Below the pieces are notes generated by a model, which was given only the letters and a program-made list of their open reading frames with translations, ran no database searches and was not told the origin of the DNA. Made by a program: the position numbers and the translations under genes. This document shows, one piece after another, positions 1 through 14,002 of a stretch of 64,000 bases of DNA; the first letter of the stretch is position 1; each line of letters opens with the position of its first letter. Source of the stretch: Adineta vaga (taxonomy: Eukaryota; Animalia; Rotifera); the NCBI GenBank assembly GCA_021613535.1, contig CP075492.1, positions 9,238,001 to 9,302,000 of the forward strand, written 5' to 3'.

Positions 1-2
1 AT

Positions 3-101
3 CCATTTGGTGGATTTGGTGGAGGTTATGGAATGCCATATGGCGGATTTGGTGGTGGATATGGATATCCATATGGTGGATATGGATATGGTTGGTACTG
101 A
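3..101 (+). CDS. 3' end of a Gly/Tyr-rich (GGYG-repeat) protein, truncated by the window start
   Basis: Frame from 3 reads PFGGFGGGYGMPYGGFGGGYGYPYGGYGYGWY* (TGA 99-101); AATAAA at 140-145. Confidence 0.75.
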   Translation, partial: PFGGFGGGYGMPYGGFGGGYGYPYGGYGYGWY

Positions 102-3100
102 AAATGAACATTCTGATATGCTCTGTAATTTACTGTTTAAATAAATATACAATCGATTAAAAAACTCTGACCGATGTCATATAATCCTTTCAAATAAATA
201 GTTTAATGACTGAATACATTCAGTCAAGTTGAATTAAGTCTCGATCACTTTGAAATCATTTCATATCCAATAGGGGAAACAAAAGAATCAGATTTGATTT
301 TCATCATTAGACTCGAGTATGCATCTGTGCTTCTGTCTAATCAGCAATTGTTTAATAAGTGCAAAATAAGATATTTATTGATTATGTCTTAAAACGATCT
401 TCTTTTTTTGTCTTTCTCTTGTACATTTTCAGTTAATCAAATTTGCCTTATTCGGTATTCTAGTGATCGATGGCACTGCTGTTTCTACTTCTCATTCTGT
501 AGAATTCACGCAACAAGATTATCACATTAACAACATAGAAGGAAAGAGAGAGAGAGAGAGAAAGAAACTTGTCTCTCATGAGAATATTGCGTCTTGGTCT
601 TTTTATTCTTTTCTTATGTGCGTTCAAACAATCGTCTTACTATTCTTCGTCTACCATGTCTAAGTGTATATACATGTGTTCTATATATGTTATCACTTGA
701 TAACTATGGAATCGGAGGGTATGATGGTAGTAGACATTTATCCGACTAGTGAGTATAACAAACGGAAATTAAATTCAGTCGATGTTCGGTAAAACTTCAA
801 ACGATTGATCACATACATTCATTCTAGAATAAATATTGATCTATTGCTTCTAGGCTACAAGACTGACTAGTTATTATTCCTTTGTCCAGTCAGCCTAGAG
901 GAGAGAAAAAGTATGATGTATATTGTCTCGCATATGTAAATTGAATTAAACAATAAATGATGGAGAAAACGTTGCTTTTCTTTCTTTTTTTGACTTTCAC
1001 TTGTTCGGGTGGAACTTCCATACAGTCATGTCCGGTTGTTCAATGGATAGAAATAGTTCAACGGAAATTACGAGTTGCAACGATTACGACATAACAACTA
1101 GAATTAGTTAAGTGTTTCAAGAAAACGAGTCTAATAATGTCGACTTCTTTTCCACTTCAATAGCAACTCAAAGTTTGGCACGATAACGAAAAGAAAACTA
1201 ACTTCGCCGTAATCAGATTCGTTAATTGAGTAAGAGGAATTGTTCATTCGTTACAACTTAGATTGGTTGATTATAGTAATAATTATCCCTGCTGTTGTTT
1301 CGGTCTTATTTTTATCAATCATCCGTTTGGGGGGTAGGAGGAGAGGAAAATGACAAAGGCGGAGCGCGGGCACACTTATTAAATTAGAAAAGACATTTTC
1401 TATTGTCTGTGTGATGCTCATCATCGTTAGTTGATTTCAATGCAAATTTATCATTATTCAAATGATTTTGTCAGATGACTATGTGTGAAAGTAAAAGCGT
1501 TCTCGTCTATTCCGATTGATTGTCCAGATCACTATTTGACAAGAAAAAAGAGAGAAAAGAAAAAATTGTTCGAAGACATTCAAAGCTTCAGATAACATCA
1601 TGATTCGAATGAGAAAAAATATAAGCATGAGACAGCTGCAGATGGACATTCACACATCATCATTTATCGCCTCAAGGTTAGTTAACGACACTCAGAACAG
1701 GAAATGATAGTATTTCAATCAATATCTTTCGCATTGTTGATTAACTTGATCTCTTTCCTCTCGTTGACAAAGAAAAAGTATTCAAGCAAAAAAACTAACA
1801 CAATGACATCAGTTGTTGTATTCATGTAATATGTTCACCTGAAAAGATTAAGATCAGACACAGTAAGAAGTTTTACTATTATCTAACTCTAGTAATCGAG
1901 TTTTTTTTTAGCTAAACAAGAAATGACCGGTTAGTTTCAATCACGAATGCCACTGTTTAACATCACCTTGATGTATACATAAAGATAAACGCTTCGAACG
2001 TATAAATTTATGCATATATGCAAAAATTGATCATATATATCGCGCGAGACGAACGACATCGTCTGTTCAAATAAACTATCTCTACCGATACATGCAAAGC
2101 GAAAGTCTCACATCGCACACACTCTTGGTCTGATTGGCATTCTTTACATTCACTCGGTCATTCTTTTTTCTTGCTCTTCTCTTCCTCCCCTCCCTCCCTC
2201 TCTCTCTCTCCTTCTCTCTCCTTCTCTCTTTTCGTCTCGATGGTCAATTTTGAGAAGTGTAATGAAATGAAAATAGTAGAGAGAAAAAAAAGAATGTGTC
2301 AGTCGCCATCATCACAGCAGTGTATATGAACAAGTCAAACGATATGAACGACGACACGTTGTGAAGGTAAGAACGCGAATCATGATTATCTTCTTTTTTT
2401 TTCGTTGACAAGTAGTCACAGCTGGACTATGAAAAGACCTTCGAGTAACAAAGACACTGCCGCTCATTTAAACGAGAGAAAAAAAAACACTTTCTCTTAG
2501 ATCTAGTCAAAGCTGTTTCTCATCATCCGCCTTTGATCCAAAAATCTTCCTCACTGTTTCGCTGTATGAGATGAACTGTTGGTGCCACTATCAATAAATA
2601 ATTATGACTTTTTGTGTTATTGTCCACAAATATTATAAGTGGTCATGTTCACGTGTTCATAGTTCGAATAAAAGTTATTGTTTTTATTTTGATTATCTCT
2701 CTTTCATTGATTTGCCTTGGGAATGCGGCGTATAATGTCTTTCATTCTCGTTTTTTTTCCTTAACTCTCAATAGAAACGAACAATGAACATTTGCTACTT
2801 GATACTTCTTCATGAGGTACCGCCTCAAAGAATAACATTATGAATAGAAACATGAAAAAATGATTGACCGCACAGCTGTACCTTCAGGGTCAACTGGAAA
2901 ATCGTCAGGAGTCAATCAGTAGTTCGTTTTATCTCTTCTTTTTCTATTTCTTCTTTCTTGCTTTACTAGAACTACAGTCAAGAGTTAATGGATAATGATG
3001 ATAGTATTATTCTAAGGAAGAAAAGACAGACAAGGATAAAAAGCATACAAATTATAGTTGCCTGCCGAACGGATGTAGATAATAGTATAGATATACAATT

Positions 3101-3459
3101 ATCTATTGCTAAGCAACTTTGATAGAAGAGATAAACGAATTGATAGAATAACTAAGACAATTCTATTTTCATCGAAAATTTTACAATTATTTTATATGAC
3201 CTTTGTTCTCCATTTCGTTTTCTCTGATGTCAAAATATAGAAGTGTAAAGTAATAGGCGGAGTTTATTTCTATTGCTATGCAAAACGAACATCTCATCTT
3301 TCAAATACACAGCAGGACACGTACGTGAGAAAACACTCTTTTCTGATAAGGATCATCATGTTACATTAAATTACTTTTGTCATGCATGCATTATACCGCC
3401 ATAAAACATATGTAGAATTTTAAATTTCTCTATAGAAAAATTTTTCAATTCAATTTTAG

Positions 3460-5299
3460 ATGATTATCAGATACATTTTTTTCTTCATCTATGTTTTTCA
3501 ATGGCATATCTCATCAATATCTTGTGAAACAGTTCATGGTTGTACGATAAATAACAATAATCGACAGACAATATCAACCAATAAAACGTCTGTCATACTT
3601 TCTTGTGCAAATAACGAATATATTCTCGTACGAAATTTAACATTCGGTGTACATAAAACAGCATCATCAACATGTTCATATCAACCAGGAGATTGTACGA
3701 CGCGAACAACATATATTGGAATGGAATGTAATGGATTGACCAAATGTCATCTTGATTTAAATCCACAATATTTACATATATGTAAGTGAAAGAAAAATAA
3801 TCAATCAAGCAATCAATGATTTACATTTGCTATATGCATTCTAATACTTCCGTTATTCATTATGTTGTTTTGAAAACGAAGAGAACGTGGTTAAGTGCAT
3901 AGAACAATATTGATTTTTTATTTGCTAAGCTATACAAATGTTCAATTTGCATCGATATACATTAAGTGTGATTATGATGAGTGAGAGATTTAGAAAGAAA
4001 ACGTATCAATTTCAAATTTATAAATAGAAGAAAAAAATATAGTTAAGATATTGATTGTCATTCGTGTATTTTTCTATTTCAGGTAGTCAATATAGTGATT
4101 ACATGGTACTTGATTATCTATGTTTACGAGGTGAAAGTTTATCTGTATGTGACAATCGTTTAATACTTACAAAACCAAATGATTTACAACATCGTGTATT
4201 GATTCGTAGTCCAAATTATCCGAATGAATATGAAAATTCTCTCAATTGTTCATGTAAAATTGAAACGAAGAAATCAACAATTGAATTTCTTGATTTTTCA
4301 CTTGAAGAACGTGATGAAATGAATTTATGTTCACGTGATTATTTAAAAATCGATAATCAATCGTATTGTGATTCGATGATGGATAGTAAAATTCAACTTA
4401 ATTCATTGACACAATTAACATTTAAAACCAATGATGTCATTACGAGAAAAGGTTTTTGGTTAATGATTCAAAGTGATGACGAATCAATTCAAATATCATG
4501 TCGAAATTCTTTTGAATCACCTTTTCCAACTACTTCGCCATCAAAAACCACAACAGCAACAACAACAACAGTGCCGTCGATTCCATTCAAATCAACTTCT
4601 TTAATTACGATTACGAATTCAACATATTTACAATCGACAAGTTCTCCTTCAACTCTTTCGATGATTCTTCTCTTAACTATTATTTTTGTCATTGTACTTC
4701 TTATTTTAAATCTTATTTTAATTATTCTTTGTTGTCGACAAAAACAATCGAAAGAAAGAATGAATCCGAAAATTAATCACACACATCGACCATTTGCTTG
4801 TTCGAAACGTTTATCATCATCATCATCGTCATCTATAACATACGGAGAAACACCCGTCTTGACTTCACTCGATACGCAAAAACGACAAACAACATCAACA
4901 ACTACAACAGCAACTGGTACTTATGAAGATCCAAATGAATTACTTATCATGCAACAACAACAACATAATCATCCACTTTATTTACAACATCGTCCTGAAC
5001 CAAAAACATTTTGCCCAATTATTTTACCACCATGTTCAACGAATACGGGTTACAATCGAATGATTCATTGTCATCAAACACTTTATCCACATTATTCAGT
5101 AGATTCTCAACATATCTATGAAACAATTCAAGATGGTTATTGTGCATATCAACGATTGGCAGCAACACTTCGTCGTCAGCAGCAGCAACAACAACAATGT
5201 ACATGTTCTTGTTCGTATAATGAACAGAAACTACCGATACAAATTGATGAAATTGAAAAAGATAAAACGATTGAATTGAATCCTGAAACACTAGTCTGA
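3460..5299 (+). CDS. Single-pass receptor-like protein: signal peptide, SUEL/galactose-lectin-like domain, CUB domain, Ser/Thr stalk, TM helix, Tyr-motif tail
   Basis: Exons 3460-3781 and 4083-5299 (GT-AG, phase 1). Lectin-like LSCANNEYILV...CNGLTKC...YMVLDYLC; CUB signature IRSPNYPNEYENSLNC...CSRDYLKI...FKTNDVITRKGF; TM MILLLTIIFVIVLLILNLILIILCC; C-terminus ETLV. Confidence 0.8.
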
Positions 5300-7399
5300 T
5301 AGTAGAAAAAGAAAACCTGTAATTTTCTTGCCATGTTCTTTTTTTTTTAATATTTTTGTTTTGTTAATGTCGCTATTTGTGTTATATAACTTAAAATAAG
5401 AAATCTTACAGAAAATATAATAGCTTATGCTTGAATCGAATATAGATGACCGTTTTCATATACTATTCTAATTGTGATCTCCAGTTAATCTTCCTGTTGA
5501 CACAACGAAAAATTATTAATCGAACGAAAATGTTAGATTCTATATATTCTAGTTTTTACATAATACACTATTTGATTGACGAGAATGTTTTATTTTAGTT
5601 GAAAGTAAAGTAAATCTAGATCATATGAATAAAAATATTTAGTCATTTATTTCGATATTTTGATCTCTGTATATTAATGAAGGTTGCATACGTAAATTTA
5701 TTAAAAATATGGAAGTTGTATTATCTTGAAAGAAAGAATGTGGCTCCTGGTTTTCTTCTACATCCATGATCAAACTGAGTTTAAATTGATCTTTAGAGTT
5801 ATGGAGAGAAAGAGTACTGATAGATCTTATTAGATGCTAGAATTCGTATTCAACAAAAACTGCAATAGTTGTCCATCGATAGTGTCTTTTATCGAAGGAT
5901 TTAGTATGGATATCAATATATACAAAGATTGCCTCACTGGTTTTAGCCTTTATCTCCTCAAATTTCTACAATTAGTTATATCAGAATTTTGTTACTATTA
6001 TTTTAGTATTTATATCAATTAAATCACTATAGATTCGAAACATCAATGAAGTTCGTAAAAATAAATTGATATTTCACTGATCTATTCAAGTATAAATGAA
6101 AATTTGTTTTTTTCAATAGTGAAAATATTATTCTAATCGAATAAATACAACAAACAGAACTCTTGATACAGTCATAATGATGAAAGTAGTATTATTTTAT
6201 ATATAGAAAAAGGCCACGAGTTATGAAAATGCAAGGCAGTGATTTTAGATGTCATTTACTACGTTCAAATATTGCGTGATCATCTTTTGTTTTGCTTGAA
6301 CAAAGTAAAGATTGAAATCATAGAGAAAATGTTTTAAAACTGAGTTTGATTTTTGTGCATGAAATTTTAGTCTTTCCTTCTATATTACTTGTACGATCAA
6401 AGACAAAACGGACTTGGAGAATTGTTTCTCTGAAGAACAGTACTATACGCTTGATTAGGATTCTGCAATAATATAAAAATGTTACTCAATCGATTAATTC
6501 TACTCTGTCCTAATGAAAGTCCATTTCTTTTTGTATTCAGTTGACATTAGCCTATTTCTAATGTTGTTAAAACAAAGTTCATGTCTGCTTTCATTCTTGT
6601 TATGTTGATTTTCTCTTTATTCTGACCTCCTCCCTCCATTTCCTGATCCTATTGTTTCATCTCTATGACCAATTGTCATGCGTGACTTCAGCATAAAACT
6701 GCGCATCTGGGCTCGAAAAGATTGGATTACCATGATTGAAATCTTATATTTTATATACTTTAATATGTAACAGATGAATAATATGAGTTAATTTTTATCG
6801 TAAGAGAAAGAAAGAAGTCAATCCAAACTTTGTCATCATCATCATCTCGAAATGAATTAATGTGACAGTCCGAACACATTATTGCGTCATTCTAATAGAC
6901 ATCAAAAAAAAGAAATTCTTAAGTATCACTGTCAATCACAATTATAGAAGCAAGCAAAGAGAAATCGAATCTACTTAATAAATCCATTCATTATACAATA
7001 TATTACAAAAAAATGCAAATATAATGAAGAAAAAAGAAACTATTGATCGATCAAGACATTCCATTCCATTCCTTCTTTTCTTTGTCTGCTTGCTTATCAC
7101 CTACTATTGTTTAATTAAGATGAAAAGTAAAATGATGATTAACGCTTAAATTGAGCCTTCATTCTTTAGTTCAGACATATAAAAAAAAAGGTACCCCTAG
7201 AGCGATAATTGTCGATAACAAGCACTAGTCTCGACAACTTCTTTTATTAATTGTTCGTGATGATTTTCTTTTTTTTACATATACACATACATTTATATAT
7301 TAAAGATGAAGACGAAAACATTGTCATATGAAATGTCGATCTGACTGATTGTTGTTCGATACTGTTCATTGATGGTCGAGAATATCAAGTGTGTACGTG

Positions 7400-8654
7400 T
7401 TAAATTCGTCGAGTTATATGATGGCCAAGGAGAAGTGCAAATAAGATCAGACTCATTGTACATTGTACATTAGAAGTTGAACGATTGTTTGATAACAAAC
7501 GTTGCATAGCGCCTAAAATGAGATAGACAGACAGACATGACATATAAACAGGTGTAATTTCATCTTAGTGTACAAACAAAATACGTAATTGTACTAAGTC
7601 TGATAAAAAAATAGTGACCTATTTTAAACAAAATATATTTCTACTAGGTAATTATTTGAAAAATAGCAATTTTTCCTACATTCTTTCATTCAGAATCCTA
7701 CTGGTTTACTAATTTGTCTATTATAACAGATCGAGTGAATTGGCGTGCATGAAGAGGATGTACTCAATGATCAATAATGATTCCTTTTTTTTGAATCAGT
7801 ATTTCCGTAATATAACGTCATAATAAAAGACAGGATATGTCATCAATGAAGGTCGTTTTCTTTTGATTTATTAAAGAAAATATTTCGTTCAAGGTGAAAA
7901 CCTTGAGACACTAGAAACAAAACTAACCTTTAACAACTACTATTCTTGCACTACGACGTTGTCTTCGATATGTACATGTCCATAATCCAGAATGATATGG
8001 TTGAGCATGCCGAATAATTAATTGTGATGTGGAAATATTCTTTTCATGTTGATATTTTTCATGTATATCATAGAGATAATCATTATAATGATATGTTTGA
8101 TTCGAACTAGAAAAATGCCATGTAATCGATGATGTATTTATATTATATATCATGCAATCTAATTCAACTTCAGAACCAGGTTCAACATATAATCGTGAAG
8201 GTTGAATACTCATAGGTATTTGCACATGTAAATGTATTTTTATTGATACACTACGACGACGATTGGAAATTTTACATTCATAAGTACCATCATCGGCCAA
8301 TTGAGTATTGTAAATTTCAAGATTCCAATAGGAATGTACCGAAGAAATGGAATATGATGATACGGAGTAACGTTTTTCGGAAAGAAACACTTCTTCACCC
8401 ACAGTTAATGGTAAAAATATTGAAGTGTTTCGATCATATTTAAGCCATGTCACATGATGATTACCCAAATTAGTGACATGACAAGTTAAAATAGCTGTAT
8501 CCGATACATTTATTGTTTGATTATGTGTACGAGTTAAAATTCGAGGAAAATCATTGATTTGAACGGTTGCTGTCAATTCATGGATGATTGTCAATAGGAG
8601 AAAAACTAGAATAAGCATTGAAATAGAATGATGATGACGATGATTGTCTTGCAT
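7400..8654 (-). CDS. Two-Ig-domain cell-surface protein (Dpr/Zig/IgLON-like), probably GPI-anchored
   Basis: Exon 8654-7928: signal peptide, AILTCHVTNLGNHHVTWLK, WNLEI..TQLADDGTYEC, second Ig domain HSGLWTC. Exon 7512-7400 adds GAMQRLLSNNRSTSNVQCTMSLILFALLLGHHITRRI* (hydrophobic C-terminus). Confidence 0.8.
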
Positions 8655-10785
8655 TTAATAACTAGTGATGACAAGGATCAATCGTACTAAACAAATATTT
8701 CTGACATTCTCAGCAGTTTCTCTTCACAATCAAATGATCTTTTTTTTTTCATGAGAATTCAAAGGATTAATTAACTTCGAACATAGGTGTGAAATTAGAA
8801 TTAAATACTTGATAAAGAATAAGAAAATAAAAACTTACCTGCTAAAGATACTTGTCTTGAAGTCATAATTAAATAAAATCAATACTATTGTGTAGCACAA
8901 TATTACCTTTTTACTAATCGTTGCATGTCGTTTACTCTAGAATGAATAGATGATAGAGAAAGAAAAGGATTATGACAGACTGAGCAGCTTGTTCTCTTTC
9001 TCCCTATCCTTCTCTCTCTCTCTCTCTCTCTCTTCTCTCTGTCTCGTTTGTTCAAGAATAAATAAACGTTTGGCTAATGGCATTACTCACTAAAAGAAGA
9101 AAAAGAGATTATTCACTTTTTTAACGTAAGCAGGTGTCGATCTTTTCCTATCAGATTTAAATAAGAATTTTGACACTTCTCTCGTTTTTCTTTTCACTTG
9201 GAAAGAAAGATGATTATTGAAGTAAGAAAAGGAAATCAATTCTTTTAGATTGCATAGATTCTTCTCGATGATTGAGCAATCAATATTCGTCGTTTTCCTC
9301 TTTTTCTTTGATTGACCTTTCATTTACGTCCATACATGCTTAGTTAAAGATCTATGAATTTCTTTGTCTTTTCTGACTTGTTAAATATAGATATAAATCA
9401 AGTGACTACTTCTTATTTTGTTTTACTTTTTTTGGACAATCAACGCACATTTGGTATCGATCGTTTTTTGTTATTCTTGTTTTATGTTCAATCTGGAATG
9501 CATTGATCATCATCAGTATTGTTGACTAGAGATTAATGTTCTAACTTAAACAAGCTGTAGACGATGTGCCATCGAGCACAGTTTGAACATAATGCGATAA
9601 GTGAAACATCGACCGTGCATACCCTCTCGGCAAGATGATGGCGGCGGCAAGATGATATACATAAACTAAACATATGTATATATACAACAGGCAATTTATT
9701 GTTATTCAGAACAAATATTGCATCAGGTTGTCTGTCTAATACAAATATATTTTAGTTTAATAGCGACTGGTTACCACAAAATTCAAATAGACAAAAGAAA
9801 AGAATGAATGAGACGAGTATCTATTTAGTGATACTAATATAACAAAGAATGATACATATGAGCGGAAGTATTGCGCGAGTTTATCTAGTCAAGAATTAGA
9901 CTTTTTGTTATGTATGGATACTCGAATAGAAACGATCTATATCTTTCAAGATTTTCAAAAACGATTTCAAGTATTGAACATTCTCCATATCTTCAATTTT
10001 TAATTATTTGCACTACTCACGTTTCGATCATTCAGTATATCAATTCACTGTAGCTTCTATGTGATTAACTACATCATTTTTATTTATATGCTCATATGAA
10101 TGTTACAAACAAAAGCAAAATTCGAGAATTTGAACACAATTTATTGAAGTGTATGAACTTAGACGAGTCTGTCTGAGATCATATTTATGACAATAAGAAT
10201 TATAAACAACTCATACTATTACAAAACAGAATTGGCAAAAAAAAATAGAAAAGAAAATAAGAAAACAAGTTAAGAATTATATATCATACTTCGAGACTAT
10301 TCATTCGGACAAAGCGAACACATATGAAGTGTACTGATCATGTGTACGGTTGGTCGTTTTCAGACCAAAAGAAAACTAAGTGTAGAAAACAGAATATCGA
10401 ACAATTATCGACGACAGAGAGAATACAGATATATGAATGGATGACACCTCTACCGAACATTTAGTAAAATGGTCTAATTTTCAATCTTTCATTATGATTT
10501 TATTGTTGTTAAACTGAGAACAGTTATAATAACTCAATATAATTACCAATAACCAATGTATTTGTTTTACCGAAGAGAAAATATCTATCGGAATATAAAA
10601 TAAATGTATATTTCAACCAACCAAACAAAAGCATAAGCAAAGTATTGGACTGTATTGACATTTTTCTCATCCATATTGCTTTGTACGATCTTTTATTTTC
10701 GGTCTATATATGTAAAGTCGATAAAACAGAGTGAAAATCTGAATTTCATTTCATTCTTATATTCGTAAGAAGTAAACAAGTAACA

Positions 10786-12171
10786 ATGTTTAGTTGTACT
10801 TCATTTCTTTGGATACTGGTTAGTTTATGGATGGTATCAACTTTTTCAATAATTCCACCGGAAGAGGATCCGTTGGTAACAACATTGGAATCAGCAACAA
10901 CTGCAGGAACGTTAGATATTGAAGGAGGTTAGTGAAAAATCATTCTTTTTGATTATCAAAAAATAATTTTTCTTTTTCATAGCTGTGTATGAATTTGGAG
11001 TGGACCGTGGAAATCCAAATGGTGGCATTCCATTCAACGATAAAACGGATTTGCAACTTCCTTATTTGACGCCTTGCATTGGTGTTGAATTAATCTGGTA
11101 TCCTGAGTATCTCTTTTCTCTTCGATTTATCTATACAGCTGATGATGAATCTGGCTCGAGTGCTTCTCATGGAAATGCCACTGGATTTTCTTCTCTTTTG
11201 AAAGAGAAATTCATGTTGCGCGATGGAGAAAGAATTACAAATGTAACAACATATGTGGGAACACATGAATGGACAGTTGATGACAAAGTGATTCCTTTCG
11301 TATTGGGTATTCAATTTGACACGAATAAAGGACGATTGAGTCAACTTTATGGTTCCAACGAAGGAGAAAAAATCAGCGAATCCTATGATGGTTTCACGTT
11401 TGGCTATGCACTTGGCAGATCAGCCACTCTAGTCGATCTACTTCAAATTATTTGGCGAAATCAAGGTACGCATAGATGATTTTTCTACGCTTAACTGTTG
11501 TATGATCAGATAAATCTTTTCTGCTTTTTTTTTATATAGAAATAGTGAAAACCGATGAGGGAAAACGTTTTGCAGCATTCTGTCCTGAAATTCCCAAATC
11601 ATTAACACTTAATATTATTACTGCTATGTATCGAAACAAAAATGAACCCTCGTCTGATGTAGAAGATGTAACAAAACTTGTTCGAAATCTATGTGGTGAC
11701 GGAAACTCTTGTGCATTCATGGTCAATGATAAGGTTTTGCCAAACAATCTATGCTCTGAATGTCCAAAAGAATTAGAAGTAACATATACTTGTAGCAATC
11801 ATCAAAGTAAGTTTTTGAAAAATGTGTCAAAATCTTTCTGTACTACGTATTTGTCTTTGTAAGGTATATTTGGTCCTGAATTAGAAGATTGTGCATATAC
11901 TGGCAATGATATTGTGATCAGTAAGTTTATACTTAACAATTGTTTATAAGATTTGCATATAAAATTATATATTCATCTAGATGATCGAGACTATATTTCC
12001 GACGTCGATAATTATCTCGACTGTGGAAAGCGTTGTCTAGAAGTTCCACAATGCGTAGGTATACAATATAAAACAAATCATCAATGCTATCTGAAGTCTG
12101 CAATGGTAGCATATACTAAGGAAACTGGATGGCTCTCAATGGCAGTGGTCAATCGTACTCGATATTTCTGA
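10786..12171 (+). CDS. Secreted multi-lectin: jacalin-like + SUEL-like + PAN/Apple domain
   Basis: Exons 10786-10927 (signal peptide MFSCTSFLWILVSLWMV), 10983-11465 (GGIPFND...GERITNV...GIQFDTNKGR...GRSATLVDLLQIIW), 11540-11806 (DVTKLVRNLC...C...CPKELEVTYTC), 11864-~11920, 11981-12171 (DCAYTGND...CGKRC...C...Y...CYLKS). An alternative terminal exon ending ~12261 is possible. Confidence 0.75.
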
Positions 12172-12576
12172 TTATGTCGCAAAACTACAAAATGTAATTC
12201 TAACTTGTTGATTAATACTTCTTCTTCTTTTTTCTGTGTAGTATCTATTGTTGCAGTCTAATAAAATGAATAAATACGGTTGTTCTTGTAAATAACATCT
12301 CATAAACTGATTAACGTACGGGAAAAGATTTCTTATAATTACTTTTATGGGGATGGTATTTCTGAGTGGATATTCAAGTTTTTGATAGTGATGATATATT
12401 ACAAATTCGAGTGTTTTTTCTACCAACTGTCGTAAAATTTGATGGTTGCAACATTATATTCTCGTCTATTTTATTCCAAAAGATACCATATACTTTAAGT
12501 CATTTTGCAGAAAATCAGATCTTGTTCATTTTTTCGATACATTATAGCTAATAGTGAGATTAGTACTAACTACTTT

Positions 12577-12604
12577 CCACCCACACCCACACCCTCACCC
12601 ACCC
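12577..12604. repeat. Short telomere-like tract (CCCACA/CCCTCA = TGTGGG/TGAGGG on the minus strand)
   Basis: ccacccacacccacaccctcacccaccc, a GC-rich island in AT-rich DNA; TGTGGG and TGAGGG are the described bdelloid telomere units. Confidence 0.55.
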
Positions 12605-12692
12605 TTTGTTTGTTTGTCCAAGCCAATCAGGTGAAAGCAGCTTATAAATCGATGAAAACTTACCCTAGGTCATCAGACAATGATTCATCACA

Positions 12693-13071
12693 GGTAATCG
12701 AGGTCGGGGATCTCGAATCTGACGTTAGTTTTTCAAAGTTCTAATTAATTAATTACCTAATTAACCAATGAGAAATTATTTTACTATCAGTTAAGGGTTG
12801 ACCGAACGGTAATCGGGGGCGAGGATCACGATTCTGGTATTAGTTTTTCGAAATTCTAATTAACTAATTATAAGTTATTATACTACCATGTAAGAGTTGA
12901 TGAAAGGGTAATCGAAATCGAGGATCTCGAAAGCGATGCTAGTTTTTGATGAATTATTTATCTGAGACCTGTTTTGATCTTTCCCTCCCAGAAAACTCAA
13001 TATTTCATGAGTGTTTGTTCAAGTTCTATCGAAAACTAACGAGAGTAATGAATTTGAATCTGATGTCAGTT
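12693..13071 (+). repeat. Degenerate tandem repeat, three units of ~100-115 bp plus a partial fourth
   Basis: Core ggtaatcg-r-nn-cg-r-ggatc-w-cga-n-tctg-nnn-ttagttttt starts at 12693, 12808 and 12907; partial gaatctgatgtcagtt near 13056. Confidence 0.7.
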
Positions 13072-14002
13072 CTACCTAATCGACTCCACCATTGTCTTTT
13101 GTCTTTCTCTCCAAGATAGATATGCCAGTGTATAGCTCTTTTTAAAATGGTGATAGAAACTAATGAATGGGCTGGTGTTCGTGGGCTGTGTGTGCCATTG
13201 GCATCATTTACAAATTCTAAGTATAGAATTCAGTAAGAAATTGATAAAAAAAACTGCACTCCAGGCAATTAACAGAATAGGTGCGATACTTATGCGATCT
13301 TTCTTTAAACATCTTTGCGTAGTCGACTATAATACATCAGATCATCTGATAGAATTTTTACAAGAAATGTGTATAAAATCCAGATGGATGTTTGCAGTTG
13401 TTTTGATGGATCTAGCTGTGCGTCAAAAATGGAAATAACATTTCAAAACATGGAAAAACTATTCTAGTCAAACATTCTCTGATTCTAGCTACTCATGAAA
13501 TAGTACCTGGCCTTTCTATCTTCTTTCCGAGAATCATAGTAATACAAAGCATGTGCCTTTTCAAAAGGAGAACAAAAGGAATTCACTTATTCATTTGAGA
13601 AATGAATCAAAAGCAGACGAAACAATAAAGGCGTCTATGGTAACGGCTAGCCGTAAGTGGCCGACCAGAGGGAGGCCGATGAGCGATTAGACGTTTGTTT
13701 AAGAGCTTTATAGGAAGGAAAATAAGCACGGGTGATGCAGTTTTGAGAAATATAAAGCAATCAATTCCATGAATGTTTACAAACAGTATTTGTCTTTTCT
13801 TTTCTCTTTCTATGAACGATTTGATGATATTTTGAAAGAATGAAAAGATGAAAACACTTTTAAAAGCCTGTTATGTATAAAGTTTGGTTGGATCCTGATT
13901 CGGTCAGGTCCAGGTTCCGCTTTATGGCTTTGCTGAGGACTCTTATCATTCTTTCAGAAAAGGGTCAGTGAATCCAGAGGATGAGCGTTACTTGTTAATA
14001 TA

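Noticed and set aside
9628-9656. Direct repeat cggcaagatgat x2 with a YY1-like ATGGCG core upstream of the Ig gene
   Set aside because: Too short to tell from chance or a small local duplication.
12693-12960. CRISPR-like repeat-spacer array
   Set aside because: The units are long and degenerate, the context is eukaryotic, and there are no cas genes.
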